61,546 nucleotides of DNA, filler included, from Sphacelaria rigidula (GCA_964200075.2; 11 parts of 11 records of this genome joined end to end with filler, not necessarily neighbours in it), one strand, 5' to 3'; positions 38,390 to 50,438 are shown, counted from the whole stretch's first letter. A program made the numbers and translations. The notes: generated by a model from the letters alone, not told the origin.

Positions 38390-40330
38390 ATCCCCCCAAA
38401 CCCCCAAAACCCTGGGACACACAACTGGCGAATATTAAAATAGACAGCGTTTTTTGGAGGTTTCATAATGTCACATATTTTACGCGTATAAATTCTCAGA
38501 GTCCAAATAACTCAGAGAATCGGGATAAGTATTTATTTTGCGATTTTCCCCATAAACTCCTATTTGCGGAAATAAGGGCTGCTGAACGCCACTCGATCCA
38601 TCTGCGAGGTACGACGATCTCGTGAGCTCTTGAATGTTTCTGAGGAGCTGTCGTCCCGTATGTATGGCATACAAAAGTCGATGCCGCGTTTTCAGATGAC
38701 AGGCGGCAAACACTAGACTACTGATCAGTCAGTCGCTGACTTAGTCTACTTGGCTGTCTCTTGAACCGTCGCAAAAGTTAAGCGCTGGTTCGATTCCCGT
38801 CGAACGCACTTTCTTTGAAGAAAAAAAGAGGAGAGAAAACCTCTGTCAAAAATTGGCTCCAAGGAGAGAAAACCTTAGTAAAACATTGGCCCAAAGGAAT
38901 AAGGGTGGGATACAGCCTGATGGCTATGTTTGGAGTTGACTGATAGTGTCACCAGAGTGATGCTACGGTAGGGGTACAGAAATAATTTCTGAGAGTAGAA
39001 TTGTTAGGAGCCCCTTATCTCATACAAAACACGACTTATAAAAATATAAGAGAGAATACGCCAGGACTACTATTCCAATGTGCTGGGGGTATTCCTAATA
39101 AATCTGCAAACGGGGATGCCATGACCCGTANNNNNNNNNNNNNNNNNNNNNNNNNNNNNNNNNNNNNNNNNNNNTTAATTAATTAANNNNNNNNNNNNNN
39201 NNNNNNNNNNNNNNNNNNNNNNNNNNNNNNCGGGAAACTGGGAAACCTGTGGTGTGAGCAACTTTTAGCAGCTTTTAAGCTGGCCTAGCTCGTGCGTACT
39301 TTCGAACGACGACTAGCCGCTCGGCGAAATATAGGTATCGTGGTTCTCGCTCCTTGGTGTCAGCGACCCGCGCACAGAAAGTCGGGACGACCGAGCACGA
39401 ACGCATTTCTGCGGGTTCTCTCGCCAAACCATCCCTGAATTGCGGCCAGCAGGTGGTACTTAATGCCTACGCATAGTACAGTACAGTGTACATATACATT
39501 GATCAAAGTGGCTGATAGATCGACGAGAGCGCGTGGCGGGCTCCAGGGGCTTATCGCGGCATCAATCACTCATCATCAGCGAACCATCTTGACGTTGTCG
39601 GGTATTGTTCCGTCATGCGAGCGGGAAATATGGTCCGAACTTCTCGACCGTGGTTTCCGCACGAAAAAATAAATAAATCACACAAACTCTGTAGTCGGTG
39701 GTGATCCATGCTGCTGCCCATGATTTGCGGTGGCCACATCCCGACCCATTTTGAGTTACGCGTAAACAATACATTGGCTGTATGATTATAGGTACCCATA
39801 CTTCATGTGTTGTTGTTGTTCTTGTCTTCACGTGAAAAACCGTTCCGCACGGTACATTTGTACTGGGCATCTGGTGCGGACGCCTTCCGTGGTCACAGGC
39901 TAGTTACCTATAATAAGGTATGAGGACATCAAACAAAACCAAAAACAAACAAAAATAGACGCAAAAAAAAACTCCTCAAACGCGATACAAGCTAAACAGG
40001 AACAAATAACAAAAACAAGAAAAAAAAGAGAGAAAAAATATGGCTAACCTCAAAACATCCGGTGCCGCAGGTGGCCATTCGGACTCCAGGGGGTGGCGCC
40101 CGACTTCCCAACTCGACGCGCGAGGCCAAGTAGAAATGAACATAGGGTCCGACCACGGGCGAAACTCAAGACCCAAAGACCACCAACCAAAGAACTAAGA
40201 ATCGCGAGGTTTTATCCTTCGACCCCTCGAGGGGCAGCCATACACTTCATGAGGACAAAAATGTACCACAGCTGCTCGTACACTGTCGAACACATCACCT
40301 ACGCCCGAAACGGCACGACCACTCGCATAC

Positions 40331-41674
40331 CTGATTGATGATGCCGCCCCATCCAACTTGCGGTTCCATGAACTTCTGCTTCTCCTCGTAGAAGCAACCA
40401 GTGCCCAAGGACACGATCATTTCCACGGGCACTCCAGGATATGCGCGCTATTTTTTCATTGTGTGTGTGTTTTTTAGTTTTTCAAGCAACGGCACGCACG
40501 CGAGATCATTAGTGTTCAAGCGCAAACACACACACACACAGACACACACAGACACACACACACACACACAGACACACACACACACAGACACAAACACACC
40601 AACACACCCATTTGTGCAACGTTGGCGAGAGGTCTGTCTTAACGAACACAAGACTTCATCGTGTGCTGGGCACGCAGCCACAGAGGGTACATGCATACAC
40701 GCATCATCGCTGCTCGACAACCAACCATCAACATACGTGTTGGTTTAGGATGAAAACATACTTGACACCCGCACCCGCGCGCGTAAACATACAGGATCCG
40801 GTATAGCGAAAGTTACCTTGGCTGGTGCGGATTAACTCCAAGAACAAGCGACGGTGAGTGGGATACGGGAACATACCGGCGCAAACGAGGTCGAAATAAC
40901 GAAAGCGCACTTTTCAGTTCCCCCCTCCCCCCTCCCCTACCCCCTTGTACTCCGTCTCGAAAGGGAGGATGCGTGGTCAATGGTCAAACGACTAAGGCAA
41001 GCAACTAGTGAGTACGTCCCCCCTACCCACCTTCCCCGAACAAGTGTTGGGCCGAACGGATATGCACAAAAAATGCATATGTCCGACAGCAGACACGTGA
41101 CATCGAATCGCGACGACCGCGAAATTGCAAAATCGTTGTCATAGTAGACCTCAATAACACTCCATAACAAATAAAACAGACCGATTTGCGGACGCTTTTT
41201 TGCAACACCTGGTGATTTCAGCGAGTAAAATTATGCTACTGATGACGACAAGCCTATCGGCACATACACACGCTTACACACGCACACGCTGTTTCCACGG
41301 CTAGCAGAAGTAGCAGCAGCACCGTACGTTTGTCAATGCAATTTGTTCAAACGAACATCCGCACCCCCGATGCCTTCTAGGGGGAAAGGGAGGGAGGGAG
41401 GTTACACGGAAAAAGTGCTATTAACCAGCCGAGTGTTGATGAGGGGAAGGCGTCGTCATTATCGGGTTGCTCTCTGCCTTCGCTTTGCAGGCGCCAAAAT
41501 ACAGCACGAGCCCTCACCGTAGCTTCGTGGTGTGCAACTGCGGACGGGTTGTTGCACAACAGAGCCCCGTCTGAGTACAAGGCGCCATTGATCATCAAAG
41601 GCGGGAAGAAGATTGGAGCGGCGGTCGTGGCCCGCACAGCTTGCCGCACCATGTGGCGGAAGCTTCCGTAGTAC
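40331..41674 (-). CDS. Patatin-like phospholipase (iPLA2-gamma/PNPLA8-like), two internal exons
   Basis: Exon 41674-41518: YYGSFRHMVRQAVRATTAAPIFFPP...YSDGALLCNNPSAVAHHEAT (AAP and catalytic DGA/NNP motifs). Exon 40447-40331: RAYPGVPVEMIVSLGTG...WGGIINQ (SLGTG motif). Phase-0 GT-AG intron. Confidence 0.93.
40919..41037 (+). mobile_element. LINE 3' end, subfamily A, C tracts on both flanks
   Basis: CCGTCTCGAAAGGGA..ATGCGTGGTCAATGGTCAAACGACTAAGGCAAGCAACTAGTGAGTACGTCCCCC between two C-rich tracts. Confidence 0.85.
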
Positions 41675-41691
41675 CTGGCATAGTAGGACGT

Positions 41692-42165
41692 GGGAGGGAG
41701 AGGAGGGGTGGGGGGGGGGTCGAGGTCATTTGTTGCTTGCATTAGTCATTTGACCATTGACCACGTATCTCTTTCGAGATGGAGCACAGTTCCTACTCCT
41801 AATACTGTAGAGACATTTCCAACATTTGGGTGCCCAATACACTTTTTTCCACATATTGCAGAAGAACAAAAAATGTACTTCTTATCCCCCTCCTGTTTCG
41901 CCGTCTGTGGCCACCATCCATCCCCCAGTATAGCCATCGTTTTCTCACTATAGTACTATCCCATGTACCAAACGATTGGATGCCACCTTTGTCTACAGTA
42001 GTTCCCACATTTCCCCCCCTGACACGTCCCGTCCCTTCTTGTATAGTTCACGTTCTGCCACTGTATGAGTTCTACTCTCTTTTGCTCCACCACAGAAGCC
42101 GTTCTGTGTCTCTCCTTCTACTCTACCCGACTACTGGTATACCTCATTCTTCTTCCTTCAAGGGG
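41692..42165 (-). mobile_element. Longest LINE subfamily A copy (ORF2 C-terminus with decayed zinc-knuckle-like motif)
   Basis: Minus strand, with frameshifts: RRMRYTSSRVE...FCGGAKESRTHTVAERELYKKGRDV...FGTWDS..EKTMAILGDGWWPQTAKQEGDK...VVNGQMT.ASNK* then a C tract. Confidence 0.8.
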
Positions 42166-43734
42166 CTGTAGTGTGCTGTGTTACCGACTTATCGTCTCAC
42201 CCTGCCCAACCTGATGCCTTCATGTCTCATGCTCTTCAACGTACATACGAACCGCGTTCGGCAGGTTTGACGAGCCGACCACCCTGGTGCTTCTGCGTCG
42301 AATACAATACTTAACTACTTACTTAATACACGTGCAACCGTCTGCTGATAGCGTTGCAAGGCTGCGACATGATCTTTGTTTGGATGCGAGTAAGGCTTCA
42401 TCCGAAACCGAGAGTCTGCCTGTACTCAACCAGGATCTGTACAGGTTATGATTTTTCTTGTACGCGACAGATAAATGTTTACGAGCACCCTTCCACATCT
42501 TGCATAATTAGAAAATGACCTTGACAAGAGAAAACACGCAGTTGCTTTACCAACCGTTCGCATAACGATAATTCGGGCTGTGATTAGTTCTACGACTCGC
42601 ACTACTACGGACACAGAATTGCTCAAATTGTAGTTCGGGATACTGTCTACGGGTATATTTATATTCATGTACAGATGTTTCGCCCGAAGTCTCTTAATTG
42701 TTCGGGTAATTAACTTCTTCTCCGGAAAAGGTGAGAGTAAACTTCCAAACGAGGTCAGGCCATGGATCAATTTGAGACTAAATACAAAACTCCCCCGGAC
42801 GTTTTTCTTCAGCAACTTGTTTCTGGGGGAAGTCGCAAGAAAAGTTCAATTTTCGAAAGCAAGTGTACACAAGAAGGAAAAACAACTGAAAAAATCGGCC
42901 CACTCATAGGGACCCTTACAGTAGCTATAGCAGGTTTCAAGCCCTCTCCGCACAGGGTATCGGAATTTTCGCGTCGGAGCAGGGACTGGTATACAGCTTT
43001 TTGCAGTCATGGAAGTCTTTCAGCATACAATGGCGCGTATGAACCGCATGGCCGAGGGAATCATAACACAGAACCTACGGAATCGAAAGCAAGCTGTCGG
43101 TCTCAATGCCCAACCATTTGGCATTTCGGCATACGACTGATTTTGATTGATTTTGTTTGATTGTCGCACTTTAACTGACCCCCCAAGGGTCCAGCCGTGG
43201 TCTCGTGATAGCCGTACTCGAGAGAGACGGAATTCAAACACGCTCTAATGAAAAAAAAAACGAACAGAAAACAATAGGAACAGGAAAAAAAGAACAAAAG
43301 AAAGAGAGGTCGAACAAAACGATATAGCAGACTAAGTCGTGACAAAAAAAAGTAATGATGACTAAAAATGACTCTAGAGGGGAAATTCCCCTTTTGGAGC
43401 TGTATATATATAAAGCATGACTCGAGGGGGCGAAAAAGAGTACAAGGAATGTCACCTATTACAAGAATGACGCCTTTCGGAGTGCTCGCTCGGACTTTAT
43501 CAGCCCTGATCCCGACACGCAATCGGCGTCCGGAATCCGGGCAACATGAGCAAGCTGAATTCCTCAAATATACCACGCTGAAACCTACCTTCTCTACAAA
43601 CATGCTCGGGCATCTCAAGGCCGAATGAAGAAGACAGAAGGAATAACGAAACGTGAAAGCGGAGAGAAGACAACTAACTCTCGGCTACAGCTGCTATACC
43701 AATCCGAAGAGGTTCTCAATCTATGCTATACGGT

Positions 43735-44135
43735 GGCGGGGAGGGGGGAGGGGGGGCGGGGGTGTACTCGTGATATTGCATACCGTACTCATGATACCAG
43801 TGACAACGCATCCCTACAAAAGTGGAACGTGGCACGCCGGGATTTCCCAGGGCCAGGAGGAGGGGAGGGGGTACTCATTTGTTGCTTGTTTAAGTCGTCC
43901 GATCATTGACCACGCATCCCTTTCGAGGCGGAGCACCGTTCCTACTCCTAATAGAGATACCTCCAATATTCCGGCACTTAGTACGTTTCTTCTATACATT
44001 GCACAAAAACCTTTTTCGTGAGAGGGGGGGCGTACTCACTTGTTGCTTGCCTTAGTCGTGTGACCATTGACCATGCATCCCTTTCGAGACGGAGTACCGA
44101 CATCCATGAGGGGGGGGGGTGGGGGGGGAGGGGAG
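43735..44135 (-). mobile_element. Three stacked LINE 3' ends (B, A, A) separated by G tracts
   Basis: GTACTC junctions near 43764, 43871 and 44032, each preceded by a G run. Different lengths, same 3' terminus. Confidence 0.85.
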
Positions 44136-47039
44136 CGAGCTCTATAGCTTGCAATTCCACTCCCTAACCCGAGCTCTACAAAGGATGTTCAACAACAGTA
44201 TTTTATCCATCAAATGTCGACAACGTGACCGAAGAAGTGTTCGTCAGGTGTGGAGTAGAGTAGAGAGGGTACCTGTTTCTCGGTGGGGATGTTTCAAGGG
44301 TTAGCTCATGTCTTATTACGTGAAAAAATCAATGGATTCCACGTGAAAGTCTGTGAAATCGGAGGTGCCGGCAGGTACATGAGCATCTCAAAATCTTCCG
44401 GATTGAATTGCAACCTTGATCTTTGAGGTGACATCGTGACATTCCGATATGCTCGGCATACAGAGCCGCCTTGGTGTACCGCGGACTTCATGCATGCATC
44501 ACACAAAATCGTTCGCAGGCAGCCCCGATTGCAACCCATTATACCAGAGGGCTGTGGTCACCCTATGCAGTCGGTCGGTGTGCGCCACCACATTCATCAC
44601 GGTTCGACGAAAATCGCTGCCGAAAGATGTGCTCATAACATCACATTAAAGTGATGCTACGATATGGGGGGGGGGGGGGGGGGGGGGGGGGGCGTTTCTC
44701 TGGGTTGTTTGGCTTAGTGCGTCGACCCATTGCCNNNNNNNNNNNNNNNNNNNNNNNNNNNNNNNNNNNNNNNNNNNNTTAATTAATTAANNNNNNNNNN
44801 NNNNNNNNNNNNNNNNNNNNNNNNNNNNNNNNNNCAAACGACTAAGGCAAGCAACAAATGAGTACGCCCCCCCCCTGTCGTAGGAGTGCACATGTGGCTA
44901 CGGCATGCAAGATCGTGAGTGCACCCCCCCTATCGTAGCATGACTCCATCCACGATTGCCACGGCCGGCCCAAAGCTGAACGATCAGCGCTGATCCTAAG
45001 CTGCACGATCAGCGCCGTATCATCGAGAATAAGAAATGCTTGGCGCTCGGATGGGAGCATGGAGCATGACTTCCCGCGTAGCATGGACGGAATAAAACAC
45101 GCACCAATAAACCCCGAATGGCCTAGAGTAATCCGCCAGCCCTTTCTAGCTGATTCCCTCATAATACGGCCTATGTAGTGCGAATTATCGCTTGCTTTCA
45201 CCGAGCACTCAGCTTCTGGTGTGATACCGATAGGTTTTGAGACACCATCTCCATATTCAGATGCTGCTGTTCCAGTCCTGTACTGAGTACGGGTACATTG
45301 ATGCTACGCGCGGCCATACCGCGTGACGTTTTGGACGACCTGCATATCGGACTACACAACAACTGAGTGCAATTATCTCACTCTACATCAGGATACGTCG
45401 CCGCAATAGGGCGCACGCCAGACTTCATATACACGGATGGGCTTGATCATGGTACGAGTATCGATTGCAAGTACCAAACACCGGGCCTTCATCCTGGTGA
45501 TTTGATTTACAAGCCCAAGAGACGTGGCACGAATCAAAGGCCGAAGGTGTGCGTGCACGTTCGAAAAGGCAGATTGTTGCAGAAGACGGCGGGGAATAAT
45601 AGATGCACGAAATGTTTCTCATCTGGCCAAGTATTTGAGCTGGAAAGCCGGATGGGAGCATGGGTATGGGGTAGAGTTTCAGGACTCTGGACACACCAAC
45701 TTTGTTGAAACAGATGTTGATGTTCGAAATAGTATATATACGTTCAAGGGGAGCGCTGGCTAGTAACCAAGTGAACAGTGTGCTTAAACGCTAACTCATT
45801 TCATTGTCATCGCTTCCACCAAACGATAGCTCCTGTTTACTTCTGCCTTCACAGTTGAGAAGAAATCAAACAGTATGCATGCAAGATGTACACTCATATG
45901 TCCGTCTTAACTACAGCAGCGCTATTGAAGGTGATGCTGAGATTGCACCATAACCAGCCGTCTGATAACATCTGCACGAGGTGCGTTGAAGGAGGCAGCA
46001 AATGAACCGACATATTCGAGAACTTGGGGGCCTTGTCGGACACTGTGTATGACGCGAAAACGAGTTGATGGACCGAAAACCTGATTGCAACAACAGCGGT
46101 AATTGCGCGCCGTGTGTTTTACGCACAAGAAGACGCACCACAGTTCCGAGTGGGTTGCCGTACTGCATGAGGATTGACGATCGCACAATAAAGGCAGCAA
46201 GGGTAGACCACAGCGGCAGCATAGTAGAAGGGAAGAATGTTCGAAACCAACAACTACCTGTCGTCGTAGCCACACTCGGTGAACCTTCTACCCGAAGGTA
46301 TGAAACAACTACCTTGCCTCTTTACAGTAGTACCATCAGAGTGTGAAACGTCGTCAACAGGCGTTCGAAAGTAAAACGATAATGGATTGTGGTAGTTTTG
46401 TTTCTTGCGGGTTGGCATCACGGCGTATTTAGGACTCGTTAATTGGCTGATCGGGTGGGAGAGAAACCATGTCGAATAATGTTATCCCCAGAACACTGAA
46501 TCATAATCTTTTGCCACGAACTTGCTCGTTCCGCTTTTCTTTACTCCTTCGTGTGGTGCCCTCGCCTGGGGCCATGCAGCAGTGGCCGGGCAATGTGATT
46601 AACTTAGTGGGGTTAGGTGCCTCACCTACCTTGGTATTTTTACTACATGTTTTGTTTTTTTTTCCTTTACCCCCTTGTCGCGTTCCCTTTTGTTCGGCGT
46701 TTGCCCTTCGTTACGTCTTCGGTTTACTCTATTTGTTGTTTCCCCCTCGATTTCAATCTCAATTCCGCTTTCATTGCGTTTCCCTTCAGCCGGTGATTAC
46801 GGTTCATTCATCTGCAAGGAGAGGTCTACATTGTGAAGAGCACGGTCGCGATCTGTAGGGGATCAGCTTTTTGCGCGACCATCACGCGAATCTTTGTCTT
46901 ACCCGGAGCACTACAGCGTGGCGAAGATCCAAAAGTATCAGCGCGAGGTGCGTCTGGAGACTTTCGGCCCTACCGAGTTGGTCATGGAAACAGATTTCAG
47001 CCAAAAGTAGCAGTATCTCGCAGCTCAGGTACTCGACTG

Positions 47040-47176
47040 CGCCCAGCACCCTTCCTACGGGGATTGAACCCCCACGACTAACTTTTGTGACGGTTTAAGA
47101 GACTACCAACTAGACTACTGACCAGTCAGCGCTGACTGGTCAGTAGTCTAGTTGGTAGTCTCTTAAACCGTCACAA
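47040..47176. repeat. Head-to-head tRNA-like (SINE) heads forming a perfect 92-bp palindrome (47085-47176)
   Basis: 46-bp arms checked base by base, centre at 47130/47131. Leftward unit has box A TAGTCTAGTTGG and box B GGTTCAATCCCC. Confidence 0.85.
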
Positions 47177-47473
47177 TGCACAAGAATATGGGTCAGGGCT
47201 GTTCAAGGAGCGAACAGGTTACCCATTGAAGCAGTCAAGGGCATCCCCGTTTGCAAATTTATTCGGGATATCCCCAGCACATTGGAGTAGTAATCTTGGC
47301 GTACTTTTACATATTTTTATGAGTGGTGTTTCGCATGAGATCAAGGGCTCCTAACAATTTTGAACTCAGAAAATATTTGTGCACCCCCACCGTAGCATCA
47401 CTCCGATCGGGCAAGTAGTGTTGCCACCCGCACACTTCAACACCCTAGAATGCACTCTCTGGAACGTACCATC

Positions 47474-47740
47474 CTACCGGCACCATGTGGCAAATAAATG
47501 CTGGGTAGCTCCCGTGTCAAATACCCACGATTCTCCCTCACCTTGCTGCTTCACACCCCCATGTCCGACAGAAAACGCCCAGTTGCCTGTTGTATCGTCG
47601 ATGGTCGTGTTCACACGGATGAACGCCTCACCCTTCGCATTTCCAGAGTCTGCGTCAGTGGCCGGGGAAAAGGGCTTGGTGAGCGGGAGCATTTTTCGGT
47701 TTGAAATCTTGAGGTTGATGTAAGGATAAGTCCACAACAT
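47474..47740 (-). pseudogene. Ty1/Copia protease remnant
   Basis: ESWVFDTGATQHL matches the Copia aspartic protease W-x-x-D-S/T-G-A-T-x-H motif. Frame closes shortly after. Confidence 0.72.
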
Positions 47741-47959
47741 ACACGGAAAGCAAGTTACAGTGACCATCACAGAGCCCCCCTAGCGCTACTCCTCCTGTCG
47801 GGAGAGATTCGACACCCAGCGATTGCTGGCTGAAGATCCTGAAAAATGTGGTTGAACATTCAAATGGGGTTGAAGTCGCCTTCCAAAATTCGAATTTCCC
47901 CCGAAACAGTATTGACAAACAAAAGCATTTAGGAAACAAGAGTCCCTGTTGTAGTTAGG

Positions 47960-48228
47960 TAGGTGTGACTAGGTGCACCCAATCAATGAGTGCGGTGTAC
48001 CCGTGTATCGATGACGATGCAGCAACCCGCCTGTCGTTCTTGCGAAAAAAACTGGCAAATTGGGTATGTGCTGGTAACATGATGCCGATCGTTCCAGCGA
48101 TTGTGAATCGCCGAATGAGGACACACAAAGGACATGGGCGAGAAGCTTCCTCTCTATCATTGTTCCTCCGGTGGTCTCGTTGTCGACACACGTGTACCGC
48201 ACTCATCGGGTGCACCTAGCAACACCTG
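47960..48228. mobile_element. MITE with ~45-bp TIR (TAG/CAG ends, hAT-like)
   Basis: AGGTGTGACTAGGTGCACCC...ATGAGTGCGGT vs ACCGCACTCATCGGGTGCACCTAGCAACACCT. No TSD retained. Confidence 0.75.
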
Positions 48229-48599
48229 CTCAGCTGCAACATGAACTCTTTTTTCGCGAAAGCATTTGTTCGGGAATACTGTACTGTTTCGGGAAAAATG
48301 TGACTGTTTCTAGACGGCGACTCTGACCGCATTTGAATATCCAGTCTCATTTTTCAGGATCCTTTGTGCCAGAGGGCATGTCTATCGAAAGTAACCATCA
48401 CGAGCTAGAGGGCATGTCTATCGAAGATGGAGTCCCCAATCTGAGTTTCCCCCCGATCTGCTCGGGACATGGCTGTAGTCCCAAGAGATGAACTCTGCTG
48501 AAAGTGCCCTCCTCCTAGAACACCCACACAGCTTATTTAAACCTTACGATCATTTTTACGACGCCGCCAGCGTGGGCAAGGATGAAATTCCCTCTCCTG

Positions 48600-49063
48600 C
48601 AGTGTGCACACAGGAGGAAGGCCAACACAGGAATTCTTCATTTTTATCTCAGTATTTTGTTTTAATACCCCACCTTGCTTCTGCGATGCTTGCCTTCTTT
48701 TCTATCGCGAGAGAAGTTCAGTGATCCCTTCCCTCGTCGATCGTCTATGAAGTCGACTTTTTGTGTACCCACGACGTCGCTCTCCAAAGCTGCAGCACTG
48801 CATGGTGTAAGAAAAAATTCCAAATCGTGTGACTGCACGAAGATTCGAACCCACTGCCCAGCCGTCAAAAATATTCCACACCCTGGCCAACAGATGACAT
48901 TATTATAAAAGAATGTACTGCGTACAGTATGGGATCTTTTGTCTATTGCAATAGACGCAATAGTAGTCGATACTGTACGCAGTACACTTTTTATTTGGCA
49001 ATGTAATATTTTGTCCAGGGTGACGAAGATTCGAGGTTACCAACTGGGCTACCGGGGCGACCG
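48600..49063 (-). mobile_element. tRNA-SINE whose head is split by a TIR element (48879-49022)
   Basis: SINE body and box B end near 48870; box A part resumes at 49025. Insert has ~50-bp imperfect TIRs CACCCTGG(C/A)CAA...TGTACTGCGTACAGTAT. Confidence 0.8.
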
Positions 49064-49533
49064 CCTTATTCACAGGTGGACCCTTTGTTCTCGACGAAGA
49101 GTACATGAGGCGGTAATTTCGCAGTCGCGCACATCGTACAGGGTGTCCCTACCCCACACAAGGTCGGATCCTTGCACAAGGTCGGATCCTATATACTTAT
49201 TTTCAGCACATGCGGAATTTGTACAACAGAGGTTGCTTGAAATCAACCCTCGCTTTTGTGGAGATAGGCATTTTGGTATGTGCGGAGAGACTTCCTTTTG
49301 TGACGTGTAAGCTGGTGAACGGCTGTTGCAGGGGTAGTATCCGGGAGCCCCGAAAGTCCCATATCTGTACAGCCGGACCTGGGACCCAAGGTAATGAGGA
49401 TCTGACCAGCGAACTGCGGTCAAGCCCTGGGAATCTCTTTCCGGCTAACTCGCTCGCGCTCGTCGAGCTCTCCCGAGAGATAAATCTGCCCAAATCCCAC
49501 GACTAACGGTCAACCCTTGACTACAGTATACAT

Positions 49534-49744
49534 AGAGGTATCTGTAATTCGGCTACCGGTACCCTGGTTTGTTTTGTTATATTTTTTCAAGTGAAAGTGA
49601 TGGCGATTCATCAGATGATGAGATCCTTTCACCGCCAGGTCAGGTCCTCAAATAAATCGCGATCACTTTCACTTGAAAAAATAGTACACAACGCAGAGCC
49701 AGCGAATAAACCAGGATACCGAGAGCCGAGTTTGAGATACCTCT
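49534..49744. mobile_element. MITE with long imperfect TIRs and 3-bp TSD
   Basis: AGAGGTATCT...AGATACCTCT flanked by CAT/CAT. Internal inverted TTTTTCAAGTGAAAGTGAT motifs. Confidence 0.75.
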
Positions 49745-49999
49745 CATAACACGAGGAAAATCATTGACCACCCTCGACGGTTGCTACATTCGCCGGAAGT
49801 CTCACGACCTCTACACTTTGACCAAACTCTAATTTCCAAATTGTGAAAAACGAGGATTTTATTCGAGCAGCCTGTAACACGGGATATTACAAATTGGGAT
49901 GGATCTTTTATTGGGGATGAGAAACCCGGAGAATTAAAACCCTCGTATCCACACCAAATCTTCGAAATATGGTTCCTTTTCTTCACTTACTGATAGCTA

Positions 50000-50105
50000 T
50001 TGACCCTTAGACCGCGAGATGAGTCTTTCTGGATCATGCATACTTTTTTTCACTTGAAATTGATGCCGATTCAACAGAAGACTAATCTCGCGGTCTAGGG
50101 GTTAA
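50000..50105. mobile_element. piggyBac-like MITE (copy of 492-597); related inverted copy at 50239-50338
   Basis: CCCTTAGACCGCGAGAT...ATCTCGCGGTCTAGGGG-TTAA; interior nearly identical to 492-597. Confidence 0.7.
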
Positions 50106-50438
50106 CAGCCGATTTTAAATTCTTGGGTTGAAGCAAAATATGAGCTTAAAGTCCCATTTCTCTGTTGCAGGGAAGATACGAAAGAGTAAGACAGAGCAAA
50201 AGTATCTTCCTTCCCAAACCTCCGCAGCAGGAGTTCACCGCTAGACCGCGAGAGTAGGTCACCTGCTGAATCGGCATCAATATTCACTTGAAAAAAGTGC
50301 ACGTGGTCCAGATGGGCTACGGGCCCCGCGGTCTAAGGNNNNNNNNNNNNNNNNNNNNNNNNNNNNNNNNNNNNNNNNNNNNTTAATTAATTAANNNNNN
50401 NNNNNNNNNNNNNNNNNNNNNNNNNNNNNNNNNNNNNN

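Noticed and set aside
45200..45760. Possible coding remnant (also 3330-3810 and 20983-21300)
   Set aside because: No recognisable motif or splice structure, so no call can be supported without a search.
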